A program made the position numbers and the translations under genes. Below the pieces are notes generated by a model. It was not told the DNA's origin and did not search any database. It saw nothing but the letters and a program-made list of their open reading frames with translations. This document shows, piece after piece, positions 63,914-64,000 of a DNA stretch of 64,000 nt; within the stretch, counting starts at the first letter, position 1, and every line of letters begins with the position of its first letter. The DNA lies in NCBI GenBank assembly GCA_051362555.1, contig CM120643.1, positions 13,738,644 to 13,802,643 of the forward strand, read 5' to 3'. This stretch comes from Lingula anatina (taxonomy: Eukaryota > Animalia > Brachiopoda).

Positions 63914-63958
63914 ATTGTATTGTATTGTATTGTATTGTATTGTATTGTATTGTATTGT
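63914..63958. repeat. (ATTGT)n pentanucleotide repeat
   Basis: Directly visible. Confidence 0.95.
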
Positions 63959-64000
63959 AATCCTTATTAAGTATGAGAATTCCATAATATTGCATTTTTC

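Overview
AT-rich, intron-rich animal genomic DNA. It is probably a marine invertebrate such as a mollusc or other lophotrochozoan, inferred only from the repeat types and gene families. Gene order: complete NSMAF/FAN (minus strand, 29 coding exons, 436-15111); a ~3.5-4 kb tandem duplication carrying the NSMAF promoter and first exons plus an intronless C2H2 zinc-finger gene (two diverged copies); an intronless RING-Bbox-coiled-coil-NHL TRIM gene broken by a frameshift; a SPIDR-like gene that seems to encode only the N-terminal half (minus); complete EDC4 (plus, 27 coding exons, one U12-type intron); and the 5' end of a signal-peptide-bearing FAD-linked oxidase (GULO/ALO-like). Introns hold many MITEs and a ~6 kb nested Helentron-type (HINE) element with satellite arrays. 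The most striking pattern is that at least five independent short tandem duplications straddle exon-intron junctions. They create arrays of decoy donor sites (up to 8 copies) and one duplicated AG|GT acceptor that resembles a nascent intron or recursive splice site. Exon boundaries were read by hand, and gene identities rest on recalled similarity to human proteins, not on database searches.
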